Shown: one piece after another, positions 10,293-20,212 of the stretch
How the letters are laid out: every line of letters starts with the position of its first letter
Position numbering within the stretch: position 1 is the first letter of the stretch
Origin: an uncultured bacterium
Lineage (GTDB): Bacteria; Patescibacteriota; Andersenbacteria; UBA10190; CAIZMI01
Reading direction: 5' to 3'
Length of the DNA stretch: 64,000 nucleotides
Assembly (NCBI GenBank): GCA_903934015.1
Contig: CAIZMI010000044.1
Location: forward strand, 5,027 to 69,026
Notes under the pieces: model-generated
The model's database searches: none
What the model saw: the letters and a program-made list of their open reading frames with translations, nothing else
What the model was told of the DNA's origin: nothing
Position numbers and translations under genes: made by a program

Positions 10293-10546
10293 TAAAAAAG
10301 AAAAAAAGATTTTTAGATAACGGCAAAATTCTGCTTGGAGTTTGTTTATTGCTTGTCTTGGTTGTGTTGGTGATGGTTGCTATGTCACCCGCGTCATATT
10401 TGAGAACGCAGTCTTTGCAGACCGGGTCGTGTGAATGCGGAGCCGGTCATGCGCTGGTTTGTTCAACGGATGGTCATACCTATACAAGTGTTTGCGAAGG
10501 AACATGTAAGGGGCGCACAATGTTGCATCTCGGCGAGTGTTACTAA
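10280..10546 (+). CDS. membrane-anchored Kazal-type serine protease inhibitor domain protein
   Basis: N-terminal TM/signal anchor, then C-x7-C-x6-Y-x3-C-x3-C-x10-C with the VCSTDGHTYTSVC Kazal core. Overlaps the upstream gene by 13 nt. Confidence 0.6.
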   Translation: MAKVVKKKKRFLDNGKILLGVCLLLVLVVLVMVAMSPASYLRTQSLQTGSCECGAGHALVCSTDGHTYTSVCEGTCKGRTMLHLGECY

Positions 10547-10573
10547 AAAATAACCATTGTCTGTGACAATGGT

Positions 10574-11011
10574 TCAGTGTTTTTCGCCGATGCAAACGAA
10601 GGCGACTGCAATCGCGGCAAGAAAATATCCGACAACCTCATTCCATCTAGGCCAATTTCCGCCAGTTGAAACGTTAATGAGTGAGGCGAAAACGGGAAAG
10701 AGGGTGCCGGTTAAAATCGTTATGCCGGCGACTGACCCTCCTTCCTTGTAGCATCGGAAAAGACAGTAGTCGGCCGCAAAAAGAGTGAAGCCGATTGCAA
10801 GCAAAATCCAGATCTGAGTTGAGTCCGGGGTTGTTAGATTCAGCTTCAGTGGTTTGTTTAGAATCACCGCCAACCAGGAAAGGATTGTAATTGGCAGATA
10901 GAAGTACGCCATGTTTGCCACAGGAGAAGATGATCCCAATTTGCGTTGGATCGTAACATTCTGTGCGGCGTACAAAATGACAGAAATGATGGCGAGAAAC
11001 TTTGGTGACAT
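10574..11011 (-). CDS. small EamA/DMT-like 4-TM membrane protein
   Basis: Four hydrophobic helices, about 145 aa. Confidence 0.4.
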   Translation of the reverse strand: MSPKFLAIISVILYAAQNVTIQRKLGSSSPVANMAYFYLPITILSWLAVILNKPLKLNLTTPDSTQIWILLAIGFTLFAADYCLFRCYKEGGSVAGITILTGTLFPVFASLINVSTGGNWPRWNEVVGYFLAAIAVAFVCIGEKH

Positions 11012-11090
11012 GAGTATTACTCCGCATGAAAGGTGTTTAATGTGCGATCACACTTTGCGTGACAGATATTTGTATTACAATACATCCTAC

Positions 11091-12431
11091 ATGTCAACCG
11101 ACGCTCAAAATCAAGACTTATTCGATAATCAGCTTAAAAACGCCTTGCAAAAGGAGGCGCCTTTGGCGGCGCGGATGCGTCCCAAAAAAATGGAGGATTT
11201 TGTTGGACAAGAGAGTATTTTGGGAAAAAATGCACTGTTACGTAAGGCAGTAGAAACAGGCAAGGTCGGGTCGCTAATTTTGTATGGCCCGCCAGGCTCA
11301 GGTAAAACCACAGTTGCGGAAATTATTGCCAATAAAATGGACGCTTATTTCGAGCCGGTAAGCGCGGTTAATGCGGGAAGTGCTGATTTGCGAAAAGTAA
11401 TTGAAGGGGCGAAAGAGCGCAGGAAGATGCAAGGGAAAAGAACTGTTGTGGTGGTTGATGAAATTCATCGTTTCAATAAAGCGCAACAAGATATTCTTCT
11501 TCCACACGTTGAAGACGGAACGATTACATTGGTTGGAGTGACAACTGAAAACCCATATTTTGAAGTTATTAAAGCCTTGGTTTCACGATCGCAGGTTTAT
11601 CAATTGGCTCCACTCACTGATGAAAATATTAAACAAATTATCGAAAACGCATTGCAAGATGTTGAGCGTGGTTTAGGTAAACTAAAACTAAAGATTCAGC
11701 CTAAAGCTTTGGAGCATTTGTCGCAGATGGCCGGTGGAGACGCACGGATGGCGCTTAATGCCCTTGAACTTTCCGCGGTGAGTAAAAAAGTTGGCGCGAC
11801 AATTCAACTAAAAGAGATTGAAGACGCCATTCAAACGCGCGCGTTTAAATATGACGCGAAAGGTGATGAACATTTTGATACAATTTCTGCTTTTATTAAA
11901 AGTATGCGGGGGTCGGAACCTGACGCCGCGCTTTTTTGGTTACACAAAATGTTGTTAGCGGGGGAAGATCCGGAGTTTATCGCACGGCGGATGATTATTT
12001 TTGCGTCAGAAGATATTGGTAATGCGGACCCGCATGCTTTGATGGTTGCCGTATCTGCCGGCCACGCGCTGGAGTGGGTTGGTTTGCCGGAAGCCGGCTA
12101 CGCCCTATCGCAGGCGTGTATTTATCTATCGGCGTCACCAAAAAGTGACGCGGTGAAAAAAGCAATGCGAGGAGTAAGAAGTGACTTAGAACATTATGGG
12201 CAATTGCGCGTGCCGAATCATTTGAAAAACGCGCCGGTGCCGGACATGACAAAACATGGTGCTAGTGTTGGTTATCAAGACCCGCATGGTGGCGAAGGAC
12301 ATGTTGTGGAACAACAGTATTTACCGGACAGGATTAAAGACCACATATATTACGAGCCAACCGAACAGGGGTTTGAACGAGAAGTGAAGAAACGCGTGGA
12401 TAACGCGCGGAAAGTGATGAAGAAGAGATAG
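11091..12431 (+). CDS. rarA: replication-associated recombination protein A (AAA+ ATPase, MgsA/WRNIP)
   Basis: Walker [10 protein letters not shown], Walker [12 protein letters not shown], MgsA C-terminal region. Start at ATG 11091 (MSTDAQ), since the upstream part overlaps a minus-strand gene. Confidence 0.9.
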   Translation: MSTDAQNQDLFDNQLKNALQKEAPLAARMRPKKMEDFVGQESILGKNALLRKAVETGKVGSLILYGPPGSGKTTVAEIIANKMDAYFEPVSAVNAGSADLRKVIEGAKERRKMQGKRTVVVVDEIHRFNKAQQDILLPHVEDGTITLVGVTTENPYFEVIKALVSRSQVYQLAPLTDENIKQIIENALQDVERGLGKLKLKIQPKALEHLSQMAGGDARMALNALELSAVSKKVGATIQLKEIEDAIQTRAFKYDAKGDEHFDTISAFIKSMRGSEPDAALFWLHKMLLAGEDPEFIARRMIIFASEDIGNADPHALMVAVSAGHALEWVGLPEAGYALSQACIYLSASPKSDAVKKAMRGVRSDLEHYGQLRVPNHLKNAPVPDMTKHGASVGYQDPHGGEGHVVEQQYLPDRIKDHIYYEPTEQGFEREVKKRVDNARKVMKKR

Positions 12432-12435
12432 GCGT

Positions 12436-12581
12436 TTCCCTCCTTTATTCAAAACGCACACGCATCGGCGGTGTTTCGCTGATGCTCAAAGGGCGGGGGT
12501 GGATTTAGTTTATGGGCCTGTTGTTGCATATTGCCAGAATCCCTCCCCTCCTCCCTTTGAATAAAGGGAGGAGACGCGACG
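12436..12581. repeat. REP-like element B (with a ~37-nt insertion in the loop) plus element A, at the rarA/nagB convergent junction
   Basis: TTCCCTCCTTTATTCAAA...AAAGGGCGGGGGTGGATTT and AATCCCTCCCCTCCTCCCTTTGAATAAAGGGAGGAGACGCGACG. Confidence 0.8.
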
Positions 12582-12582
12582 T

Positions 12583-14037
12583 TTACCAATTAGTAATATT
12601 AAATAGTTCCAAATACGGTTGTGTGTCGATTGGTTTTTTGCCAAGCTCGGAAAAGAATTGTTCTGCGATAGTAATGCGACGGAAGGAAGAAATTGTTTCA
12701 GCAGCGGTATCAAAACGCGTGCGGTCGGTTTGCGTTTTGTGTTTGCGAATTGCTTCAAGTTTTGTTTTCATTAATTTTTCAGAAAATTCGAACGCAGAAT
12801 TGAAACTGCGGTGACCGAATAGTGCCCATGGAGATTCGTAGCTCCATAATTCAATTTCATGTGGCAGTGAAGACAGCGCGATTTTTCGGGATAAAACATG
12901 CGTTGGGTGAGTGTCATCTTTTTGCGGAACTAATGCGATATCAGGTTTGATTGTTTGCGTCAGGTTACGCAATTTTTTCAAATCTGCCTCATTAATATCG
13001 CCACTGTCATAAAAATGCGCGCGCATGAAATAAATTTTTGTACCTAGTATTTTTGATTCTTCTTTAGCCTCTTTTTCACGGATTGTCACACGATCATTCA
13101 TTGAACTGCTTCGGCCCGATACGGCCCTGTGCCCGGTTGTAAGAATTATTTCATGGACCGTGTTATTTTTGCTAAGCGCGGAAATTGTCGCACCGGCGCA
13201 AATTGGCGCATCGTCAGGATGCGGTGAAAAAACAACAATGGTCTTTCCCTTAGGTAAGTTAAACTCGGAGTATAGCTTTACGTCGCTTAGTATCGGCGGT
13301 TCCTGTCGCGTTTTCTTTAACTTACTTGCCGCAGATTTGTCTAAAAGAACAACTAAGTTTTTGTGGCTTTGCAAAATAGATGCCGGAGTCTTCTCTGTGG
13401 CGGGGGCTTCCAGTGTTGCTTTTATTGCGCCAGTTTTGTCTTCGCCAAAAGCAAGCAAAATAATTTTCTTTGCACCCATGATCGTTTTTAGGCCGGTTGT
13501 GATTGCTTGTTTCGGTACTGCTTTATCCGATTTGAAAAAACGCGCGTTAGCTTCGATGGTTGATTTAGTGAGATCGGTAACGTGTGTGATGGAATCAAAA
13601 CTTGTACCTGGTTCGTTGAAAGCAATGTGGCCGTTACGTCCGATGCCGATGATGGCTAAATCAATACCATTTTTATTGATAGCTTCTTCATATTGTTTGC
13701 AAAATTCTTTTGTATCTTTTGGATTCGCCTCCGGAATAAAATTATTAGTCTTTTTAAAATCAACCTTATCAAAAAAGTTTTTCTGCATAAAACTGTGATA
13801 ACTTTCGGGGTGGTTTACATCGATTCCTAAATATTCATCCAAGTTAAAAGATGTGGCGTGTGCGAAACTTAATTTTCCTGATCTGACGCGCTCTGCTAGT
13901 AAATCATAAAGAGGGAGCGGAGTGGAGCCGGTGGGGAGGAGAAAAACGGTGTTTGGTTTGTTGTTGATTTCTTCTTGAACGAGATGAGCCGCGTGTCGGC
14001 TGGCAATTTCGCCATTGCTGGCAACAATGATTTTCAT
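12583..14037 (-). CDS. nagB: bifunctional glucosamine-6-phosphate deaminase (NagB) / LmbE-PIG-L family N-acetylglucosaminyl deacetylase fusion
   Basis: N-terminal half: MKIIVASNGEIA..FNLDEYLG..IGIGRNGHIAFNEPG (NagB). C-terminal half: VVFSPHPDDAPICAGATI ... THPTH (PIG-L/LmbE). Start at ATG 14037. Confidence 0.75.
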   Translation of the reverse strand: MKIIVASNGEIASRHAAHLVQEEINNKPNTVFLLPTGSTPLPLYDLLAERVRSGKLSFAHATSFNLDEYLGIDVNHPESYHSFMQKNFFDKVDFKKTNNFIPEANPKDTKEFCKQYEEAINKNGIDLAIIGIGRNGHIAFNEPGTSFDSITHVTDLTKSTIEANARFFKSDKAVPKQAITTGLKTIMGAKKIILLAFGEDKTGAIKATLEAPATEKTPASILQSHKNLVVLLDKSAASKLKKTRQEPPILSDVKLYSEFNLPKGKTIVVFSPHPDDAPICAGATISALSKNNTVHEIILTTGHRAVSGRSSSMNDRVTIREKEAKEESKILGTKIYFMRAHFYDSGDINEADLKKLRNLTQTIKPDIALVPQKDDTHPTHVLSRKIALSSLPHEIELWSYESPWALFGHRSFNSAFEFSEKLMKTKLEAIRKHKTQTDRTRFDTAAETISSFRRITIAEQFFSELGKKPIDTQPYLELFNITNW

Positions 14038-14230
14038 AAAAAAAGAGTACTGCGTGGCGGGGAAATGTTCAATATGCGAGTAGTCTTTGCGAGCCATCGC
14101 CAATATCAATTGGCGAGGCGCGGCAATCTCTAAATTAGTATATTGTACTTTGTATATAGTATATGGATTTATTGAGTATATTTGTTTCAGGAAATTGATG
14201 GAATTCAACGGCTATTTCGGAAATGATTTG

Positions 14231-14257
14231 TGGCAATTCATGAATTGCCCCTACGTG
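14231..14257. repeat. palindromic element GGCAATTCATGAATTGCCCCTACGTG (family 2)
   Basis: Perfect 18-nt palindrome. Copies at 17395-17420 and a variant at 24821-24863. Confidence 0.75.
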
Positions 14258-14356
14258 ATGGGCTTTGTGGTGGTCTAATTATCGCGACGCCGATAATTAA
14301 AAAATACCGCCGGGACCGATTGGTCGGGGCGGGGGGCGCTGTTGAACAGCGAGAAG

Positions 14357-14764
14357 CTACTTGGGTGCGGGGACCACATGGTCCCGCGTCAGCGGTTGTT
14401 TACCGCTGGGTTTGTGGTCCACCCAAATGCCACAAAACGTGCTCTGGGTGGACTCCACTTGCCACCCGGTGATTTCAAGTTCGGGGTGGTTTCTCTCGAA
14501 CTCGTCTTTGGCCACCAGAACTTTCATTTCTCCTTGCTTCCCGTCGCTGTACTGGGAGATCAGTGGCCGGAAGTAAATGAAGGTGTGGTTACCACAAGTT
14601 TCTTCCAAAGTGGTGGGAAGAACCCAGGGCGTGTTTGGAGACGTGGTGGTAGTAAATTGCTTCATCATGATGCCGACCCCGAGGATCACGTAGTAGGCAA
14701 GGTTGATGGCAACCAACGAAGCAATAACCACCAAGGCGATTTTCAACATTTTTCGAATGTTCAT
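14357..14764 (-). CDS. membrane-anchored hypothetical protein
   Basis: N-terminal TM helix. Preferred over overlapping + strand ORFs, which are GC-rich read-through artefacts. Confidence 0.4.
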   Translation of the reverse strand: MNIRKMLKIALVVIASLVAINLAYYVILGVGIMMKQFTTTTSPNTPWVLPTTLEETCGNHTFIYFRPLISQYSDGKQGEMKVLVAKDEFERNHPELEITGWQVESTQSTFCGIWVDHKPSGKQPLTRDHVVPAPK

Positions 14765-14865
14765 GCTGGCTCCTGAAATTGGGTAATACGAAAACAGTAA
14801 CGGAGAATTATGTCAAATTTTTATCTTCTTGTCAACTGTGGCTAAATAGCGTTAAGATTTTCATT

Positions 14866-17340
14866 ATGCAAGATAAAAAATACCTACCCCGCGAGATAGA
14901 ACCACGCGCGCAGGCGCTTTGGGAAAAATTAGGACTTTATCAGGCTGACTCATCAGAGTCATCCCCGACCGGGATCGGGGATCCCAAAAAAGATCTATAC
15001 GTTTTAGATATGTTCCCTTATCCCTCGGGCGAAGGGCTTCATGTCGGTCACGTCGAGGGTTACACAGCAACGGATATTTACTCACGCTATAAGCGAATGC
15101 GAGGTTTTAATGTTTTGCATCCGATGGGTTGGGATGCTTTTGGTTTGCCCGCCGAAAATACGGCCATAAAATTAAAAACACATCCGCGAAAATTAGTTGA
15201 AAAAAACGTCGCTCGTTTTAAATCGCAACTAAAACGGATGGGCTTTTCGTATGATTGGTCGCGAGAAATTAACACCACTGATCCGGAATACTACAAATGG
15301 ACACAATGGATTTTTCTAAAGCTTTTTCATCTTGGTTTGGCGTATGAGGCAGTGGTGCCAATTAATTGGTGCCCCTCTTGTAAAACAGGATTGGCCAACG
15401 AAGAAGTGGTGGGTGGTCGCTGCGAGCGCTGTAAAACGGAAGTGATCAAAAAAGACATGCGCCAATGGATGTTAAAAATTACGAAATATTCCGAACGTTT
15501 ATTGGAAGGTCTGGATGGTTTGGATTGGCCGGAAGGGATAAAAGAGCTTCAGAGAAATTGGATAGGCCGTAGTGAAGGGGCGGTGGTTTCATTTAAGGGT
15601 GTAGGGGGTAGGGAGTTGGGTGTAGAGACGACTAATATCGATGTTTACACAACTCGTATCGACACGATATTCTCGGGAACATATGTGATTTTGGCGCCTG
15701 AGCATCCTTTTGTAGAGCAAAATAAAGCATGCATTGAAAATTGGGAAGAAGTGGAAAAATATCGTACGGCGACAAAAAGCGTGGCGGAAATTGAGCGAAC
15801 GGCGAAAGAACGCGTTGCCACCGGTGTGCCATTAAAAGGCGTCAGTGTTATCAATCCGGCGACTGGTGAAACAATGCCGGTTTGGATTGCCGATTTTGTT
15901 TTGGCACATTATGGTACCGGCGCGGTTTTTGCCGATGCGCATGACCAGCGTGATTTTGATTTGGCAAAAAAATATAATATTCCATTAAAGGTTTCAATTC
16001 AGCCGGTTGGTGATACTGATTTTTCGAAAATCGAAAATCTGGAAGAATGTTTTGAAGGCGAAGGTGTCTTGGTTAACTCGGAACAATTTAACGGTCTCAC
16101 TTCCGCCGAGGCGCGTCCAGAAATAATATCTTGGCTTCAGGAAAAAGGATTAGCAAAAGCGGAAACAAATTTTAAATTGCGCGACTGGGTTTTTTCGCGA
16201 CAACGTTATTGGGGAGAGCCAATTCCTGTCATTCATTGTGAAAAATGTGGTGTACAGCCGGTGCCGGAAGATCAGTTGCCGGTTTTGCTTCCGGAAGTTG
16301 AAAATTACGAACCAACCGGTACGGGAGAATCGCCATTAGCCGGCATTGAAAGTTGGGTAAATACAATTTGTCCCAAATGTGGCGCACCCGCCAAACGAGA
16401 AACAAATACAATGCCACAGTGGGCGGGAAGTTGTTGGTATTTCTTGCGTTTTGCGGATCCTGCTGATCAAACACTTGGTTTTGAGTGGCAAAAAATGGAA
16501 CGTTGGTTGCCGGTGGATTTATATGTTGGTGGAGCGGAACATGCGGTGCTACATCTTCTGTATTCCCGTTTTTGGATTAAAGCGCTGTATGACGGTGGAT
16601 ATTTGCCTTTTGAAGAGCCATTTAAAGCATTGCGTAATCAAGGAATGATTCAGGGGCCGGATGGTCAAAAAATGAGCAAATCTCGCGGTAATGTGATTAA
16701 TCCCGATGACGTGGTTGATCAGTATGGTGCGGATGCTTTGCGGTTGTTTGAAATGTTCTTGGGGCCGTTTGAACAAAACAAGCCCTGGGACGATAAGGCG
16801 ATTACGGGAGTATCGAGATTCCTTTATCGAATTTGGCGGATGGAAATGTCTGTCGAGTCGGGTGTAGATGTTAAAAAAGCACTTCATAGATTGATTAAAA
16901 AAGTTAGTGATGATATCGAAAGTATGAAATTCAACACCGCAGTTTCATCAATGATGGAGTTTGTAAACTTGATTGAAAAAACAGGGATTACAAAAACCGA
17001 CTTTGAAAAATTTGTTTTAGTATTGGCTCCGTTTGCGCCTCATTTGGCGGAAGACTTGTGGCAGAACATGCAAACCAAGCCATACAAAAATGGTCAATCG
17101 GCAACGGTGCAAGTTTGGCCGGAATTTGATGTCACACTTCTGCAAGACGAAACAATGAACATTGTCATTCAGGTAAATGGAAAAGTTCGTGGCGCGGTTG
17201 AGGTGGAAAAAAATTTACCTGATGAAGCGGTTCAAAAAATTGTTGCGGAACAAGAAGTTGCAAAGAAATGGTTGGATGGGAAGGAAATCGTGAGGGTGAT
17301 TGTGGTCAGTGGGCGTTTGGTAAATTTTGTGGTGAGATAA
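14866..17340 (+). CDS. leuS: leucine--tRNA ligase
   Basis: [16 protein letters not shown] (HIGH region), [10 protein letters not shown]1 editing domain. Start at ATG 14866; track start 14779 is TTG. Confidence 0.92.
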   Translation: MQDKKYLPREIEPRAQALWEKLGLYQADSSESSPTGIGDPKKDLYVLDMFPYPSGEGLHVGHVEGYTATDIYSRYKRMRGFNVLHPMGWDAFGLPAENTAIKLKTHPRKLVEKNVARFKSQLKRMGFSYDWSREINTTDPEYYKWTQWIFLKLFHLGLAYEAVVPINWCPSCKTGLANEEVVGGRCERCKTEVIKKDMRQWMLKITKYSERLLEGLDGLDWPEGIKELQRNWIGRSEGAVVSFKGVGGRELGVETTNIDVYTTRIDTIFSGTYVILAPEHPFVEQNKACIENWEEVEKYRTATKSVAEIERTAKERVATGVPLKGVSVINPATGETMPVWIADFVLAHYGTGAVFADAHDQRDFDLAKKYNIPLKVSIQPVGDTDFSKIENLEECFEGEGVLVNSEQFNGLTSAEARPEIISWLQEKGLAKAETNFKLRDWVFSRQRYWGEPIPVIHCEKCGVQPVPEDQLPVLLPEVENYEPTGTGESPLAGIESWVNTICPKCGAPAKRETNTMPQWAGSCWYFLRFADPADQTLGFEWQKMERWLPVDLYVGGAEHAVLHLLYSRFWIKALYDGGYLPFEEPFKALRNQGMIQGPDGQKMSKSRGNVINPDDVVDQYGADALRLFEMFLGPFEQNKPWDDKAITGVSRFLYRIWRMEMSVESGVDVKKALHRLIKKVSDDIESMKFNTAVSSMMEFVNLIEKTGITKTDFEKFVLVLAPFAPHLAEDLWQNMQTKPYKNGQSATVQVWPEFDVTLLQDETMNIVIQVNGKVRGAVEVEKNLPDEAVQKIVAEQEVAKKWLDGKEIVRVIVVSGRLVNFVVR
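15601..15627 (+). repeat. G/T-rich dispersed element GTAGGGGGTAGGGAGTTGGGTGTAGAG (family 4) inside leuS, in-frame
   Basis: Encodes VGGRELGVE between the WIGRSEG and YTTR segments, ~6 aa longer than E. coli LeuRS. Near-identical copies at 20887-20913, 46690-46711, 57567-57589 (reverse). Confidence 0.7.
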
Positions 17341-17394
17341 AATGGTGATGAAAGAAAAAAATTGTAAAACTATCGGGTACACCCGGTCGTTGTA

Positions 17395-17420
17395 GGGGCA
17401 ATTCATGAATTGCCCCTACG
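17395..17420. repeat. palindromic element GGGGCAATTCATGAATTGCCCCTACG (family 2)
   Basis: Between the leuS stop and the next gene start. Confidence 0.75.
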
Positions 17421-17431
17421 CGTAACGCACT

Positions 17432-19423
17432 ATGCTTTATTCCCTTCAACTCTTTATTTCCGATCTTCTTTCTGCGTCTAATTTTAAGACATCTTTTGCT
17501 TGGGCAGTAGGGGTGGTTTTGCTCATGGGCGCGTTAAGCCTTGGTCTTTTTGTGATGCCTCGCAATATTGCGCGTGGTGCTGTTCGTGCGCTCGCAGGCA
17601 TACCTCTGTTCTTCGTAATTGGCGGGGCACTTGCGGGATTGCTGTATTATTTTGGTGTTGGTGTTTTTGTTTCAGGAAATATTTTAGTTATCATTGGCTT
17701 GGGATTATTAATTGGCGCGATTGTTTCTGGTCGTATAAAAGACCTTTTGCATTGGAATGAAATTATTTATTTACTTTGCTTATTCATTGTTTGTTATTTA
17801 TTGATGTTTTTTGGTTGGGGTGAGATTTCGGATGGCACGATTCGCGCAATTTCCGGGTCATGGGGTGATGGTGTATTGCATACTTTGAATGCGGAGGCGT
17901 TTAAAATTCGGCAAGGTGGAAATTTTAGTATGCCGGCATTCGCGGGAGAAAATTTTCATGAGCCATTTGGTTACGATTTTGTTGCGGGAATCCTATTGAG
18001 TTTGGGCTTCACGATCGGCGGGGCGTTTACTTTACCGGCGACCGCCCTTTTAGCCACCTTAATGGCAATTTCGGCACGGTTTACCTCCCACCTCTTGAGT
18101 AATCGCTTTGGTGCAGGAATAAGTTATTGGCCGAAGCGTCTTGCCGGTGTCATGGCAATACTGCTTGTCGTGTTGGGGAGTGGTTTGCAGTGGATTGTCA
18201 TGCCATTGGTTGAGCGAATTTGGACATGGTCAGGTTTCTTTGGTGTACACGATCCGGTGTGGGATAAAAACGAGTCATTGGGTATTGCCTGGGCAAACCA
18301 TCTAAACACGTTAGTGTCGCAAAAACATTTGTTATTGGCTGCAACATTTTTGGCGGTGTTGAGTTTTGTTTTGTATTGGCTTTTGACAGTAGATGGCATT
18401 AGGGTCCGACCTGCGAAAGGTCGGACCCTAATCGTCGGTTTTTTAGTTGTTGCATCAGGATTACTTCCATTTTTTCATGCGCATGCGTTTATCGCCGTAG
18501 CGCTTTTGTGGTTTGTTTTTTGGGTGCTAAAACCCAACAGAAAATCATTCATTTTGGGAATTGCGGTTGCGATTATCGCTTTACCAATCTTTCTTTCTTT
18601 TGGTGCGGCAGTATCACGGTCCGGGTTTACAACACTGCATCTTGGTTATTTAGTGGATACGGGGATCGGTCAATGGATTTTGTCTTGGATTGTTAACCTC
18701 GGTTTATTTTTGCCGGTTATCATAATCGCGATGATGGATAAGAAATGGGGCAGGAATCGCTGGTTAATTGCTATACCGGTGATTGTTCTTTTTGTGCTTG
18801 GAAATATTATTCAATTTCAACCGTATTTATGGGACAATTACAAAATATTCTTATTTGCTTGGTTTTTGATTTTACCGTTCTTTGTGGCGCAACTTTTTGC
18901 GTGGATAACACAAGCGAACAAGAGGACAACAAAAATTGGATTAGCAGTAGTTGTGGTTGTTATTTATATTTCAATGGTTATGACTACTATTTCCGAGACG
19001 GCGACATACTTTAATTTTAGAAACAATTATCCACTGTTTACGTCGAAGGATAGGCTGATTGCTAAAAAACTGGATGAAGTTTTGCCAAAGGAAGCAGTGG
19101 TTTTAGTCGGAACAGATAATTACCACAAAGATCCGGTTACTTTAACCGGTCGCAACCTTGTTTTGGGATATGGCGGTTGGATTTGGACGCGCGGGATGGA
19201 TTTGGTTGGTCGCGAACTGGAAATAAAGAATATATTGCAGTCAATCGACCCAACGAGTCTTTGTCAGAATCTTCAAAGTTTAAAGGTGACACACATCGTT
19301 GTCGATCAGCCGACCGTTGTTTATTGGCAACCAATGATTTCGGAGTTTGTTGCAAAGGCTTTTGGTTTGATTGATGTCGGTGATCAAGTGAATGTCTATA
19401 AAACGAGTCAATTCTGCCAATGA
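17432..19423 (+). CDS. large polytopic membrane protein (>=14 TM) with C-terminal soluble domain; putative glycosyltransferase/glycan polymerase
   Basis: Topology only. Adjacent to the sugar-nucleotide genes. Confidence 0.4.
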   Translation: MLYSLQLFISDLLSASNFKTSFAWAVGVVLLMGALSLGLFVMPRNIARGAVRALAGIPLFFVIGGALAGLLYYFGVGVFVSGNILVIIGLGLLIGAIVSGRIKDLLHWNEIIYLLCLFIVCYLLMFFGWGEISDGTIRAISGSWGDGVLHTLNAEAFKIRQGGNFSMPAFAGENFHEPFGYDFVAGILLSLGFTIGGAFTLPATALLATLMAISARFTSHLLSNRFGAGISYWPKRLAGVMAILLVVLGSGLQWIVMPLVERIWTWSGFFGVHDPVWDKNESLGIAWANHLNTLVSQKHLLLAATFLAVLSFVLYWLLTVDGIRVRPAKGRTLIVGFLVVASGLLPFFHAHAFIAVALLWFVFWVLKPNRKSFILGIAVAIIALPIFLSFGAAVSRSGFTTLHLGYLVDTGIGQWILSWIVNLGLFLPVIIIAMMDKKWGRNRWLIAIPVIVLFVLGNIIQFQPYLWDNYKIFLFAWFLILPFFVAQLFAWITQANKRTTKIGLAVVVVVIYISMVMTTISETATYFNFRNNYPLFTSKDRLIAKKLDEVLPKEAVVLVGTDNYHKDPVTLTGRNLVLGYGGWIWTRGMDLVGRELEIKNILQSIDPTSLCQNLQSLKVTHIVVDQPTVVYWQPMISEFVAKAFGLIDVGDQVNVYKTSQFCQ

Positions 19424-19501
19424 AATGGTGTTTCACATTTTCGGTCCTTTGTTCTATCATTTAGTAAGTTAAATCGTTACTATTAACCATACATAATTGC
19501 T

Positions 19502-20212
19502 ATGCAAGCTGTTCTTCCTATAGCTGGAAAAAGTAGTCGAATGGCCAAAAAGTATCAGGGGCCGAAACAATTATTGCCTGTTCTGGGAAAGCCCTTAGTT
19601 GAGCACATGCTTGAATCGTTGCCGGATGCAATTGATGATCTGGTTTTAGTTGTTGGTGGGCCATATGAAAACGATATTCGCGCATATTTTGGCAGTGAGC
19701 ACAATGGCCGTAAGGTTTCATATGCGCGACAAGAGGCGCCATTGGGTCTTGGACACGCAATTCAGCAAGCGAAGGATTTGGTGAAAGGTCGTTTCATTAT
19801 TACGGCGCCGGATGATATTTACAACAAAGCGGATTTGGAAAAAATGATTGCCGAACCGGACATGGCGGCGCTTACTATGAAGCGTGATGATTGGCAAAAT
19901 TTTGGAGTATTTGTTTTGGATGAACAAGGATACATAATACGCATGGTGGAAAAACCGAAAGAGTTTGTTTCACCGTATGTTTCCGCCGGCGCTTGCTATA
20001 TGCTAGATCAAGAATTTTTTGATGTAACGGTTGCTCCGTCTGCGCGTGGTGAAATTGAATTACCGGATATTGTAAATGCACTTATTAATGAAAGAGGTCG
20101 AAAATGTAAAGCGATTACGACAAGTTTTTGGGTGGCAATAAACGATCCTGATCAGTTGGATGTGGCTAATGATATTATGAAGGCGCGTATTGCTAATCAG
20201 ACGACAAATTAA
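19502..20212 (+). CDS. sugar-1-phosphate nucleotidylyltransferase (NTP_transferase domain), paralog 1
   Basis: MQAVLPIAGKSSRM...GLGHAIQQA. Resembles the GlmU/RmlA N-terminal fold. Stop overlaps the next start (TAATG). Confidence 0.65.
   Translation: MQAVLPIAGKSSRMAKKYQGPKQLLPVLGKPLVEHMLESLPDAIDDLVLVVGGPYENDIRAYFGSEHNGRKVSYARQEAPLGLGHAIQQAKDLVKGRFIITAPDDIYNKADLEKMIAEPDMAALTMKRDDWQNFGVFVLDEQGYIIRMVEKPKEFVSPYVSAGACYMLDQEFFDVTVAPSARGEIELPDIVNALINERGRKCKAITTSFWVAINDPDQLDVANDIMKARIANQTTN

Noticed and set aside
14230-14776. Three overlapping + strand ORFs (80, 144, 71 aa) opposite the 14357-14764 minus-strand gene
   Set aside because: They are locally GC-rich frame artefacts. The minus-strand ORF has an N-terminal TM helix and sensible composition.
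14779-14865. Track starts of leuS (TTG 14779), ftsZ (GTG 46881), RAYT (GTG 21661), rpsL (57653) and ugd (23852)
   Set aside because: The N-terminal extensions run through repeats or operators, or contradict conserved N-termini. I used downstream ATGs that match ortholog starts.
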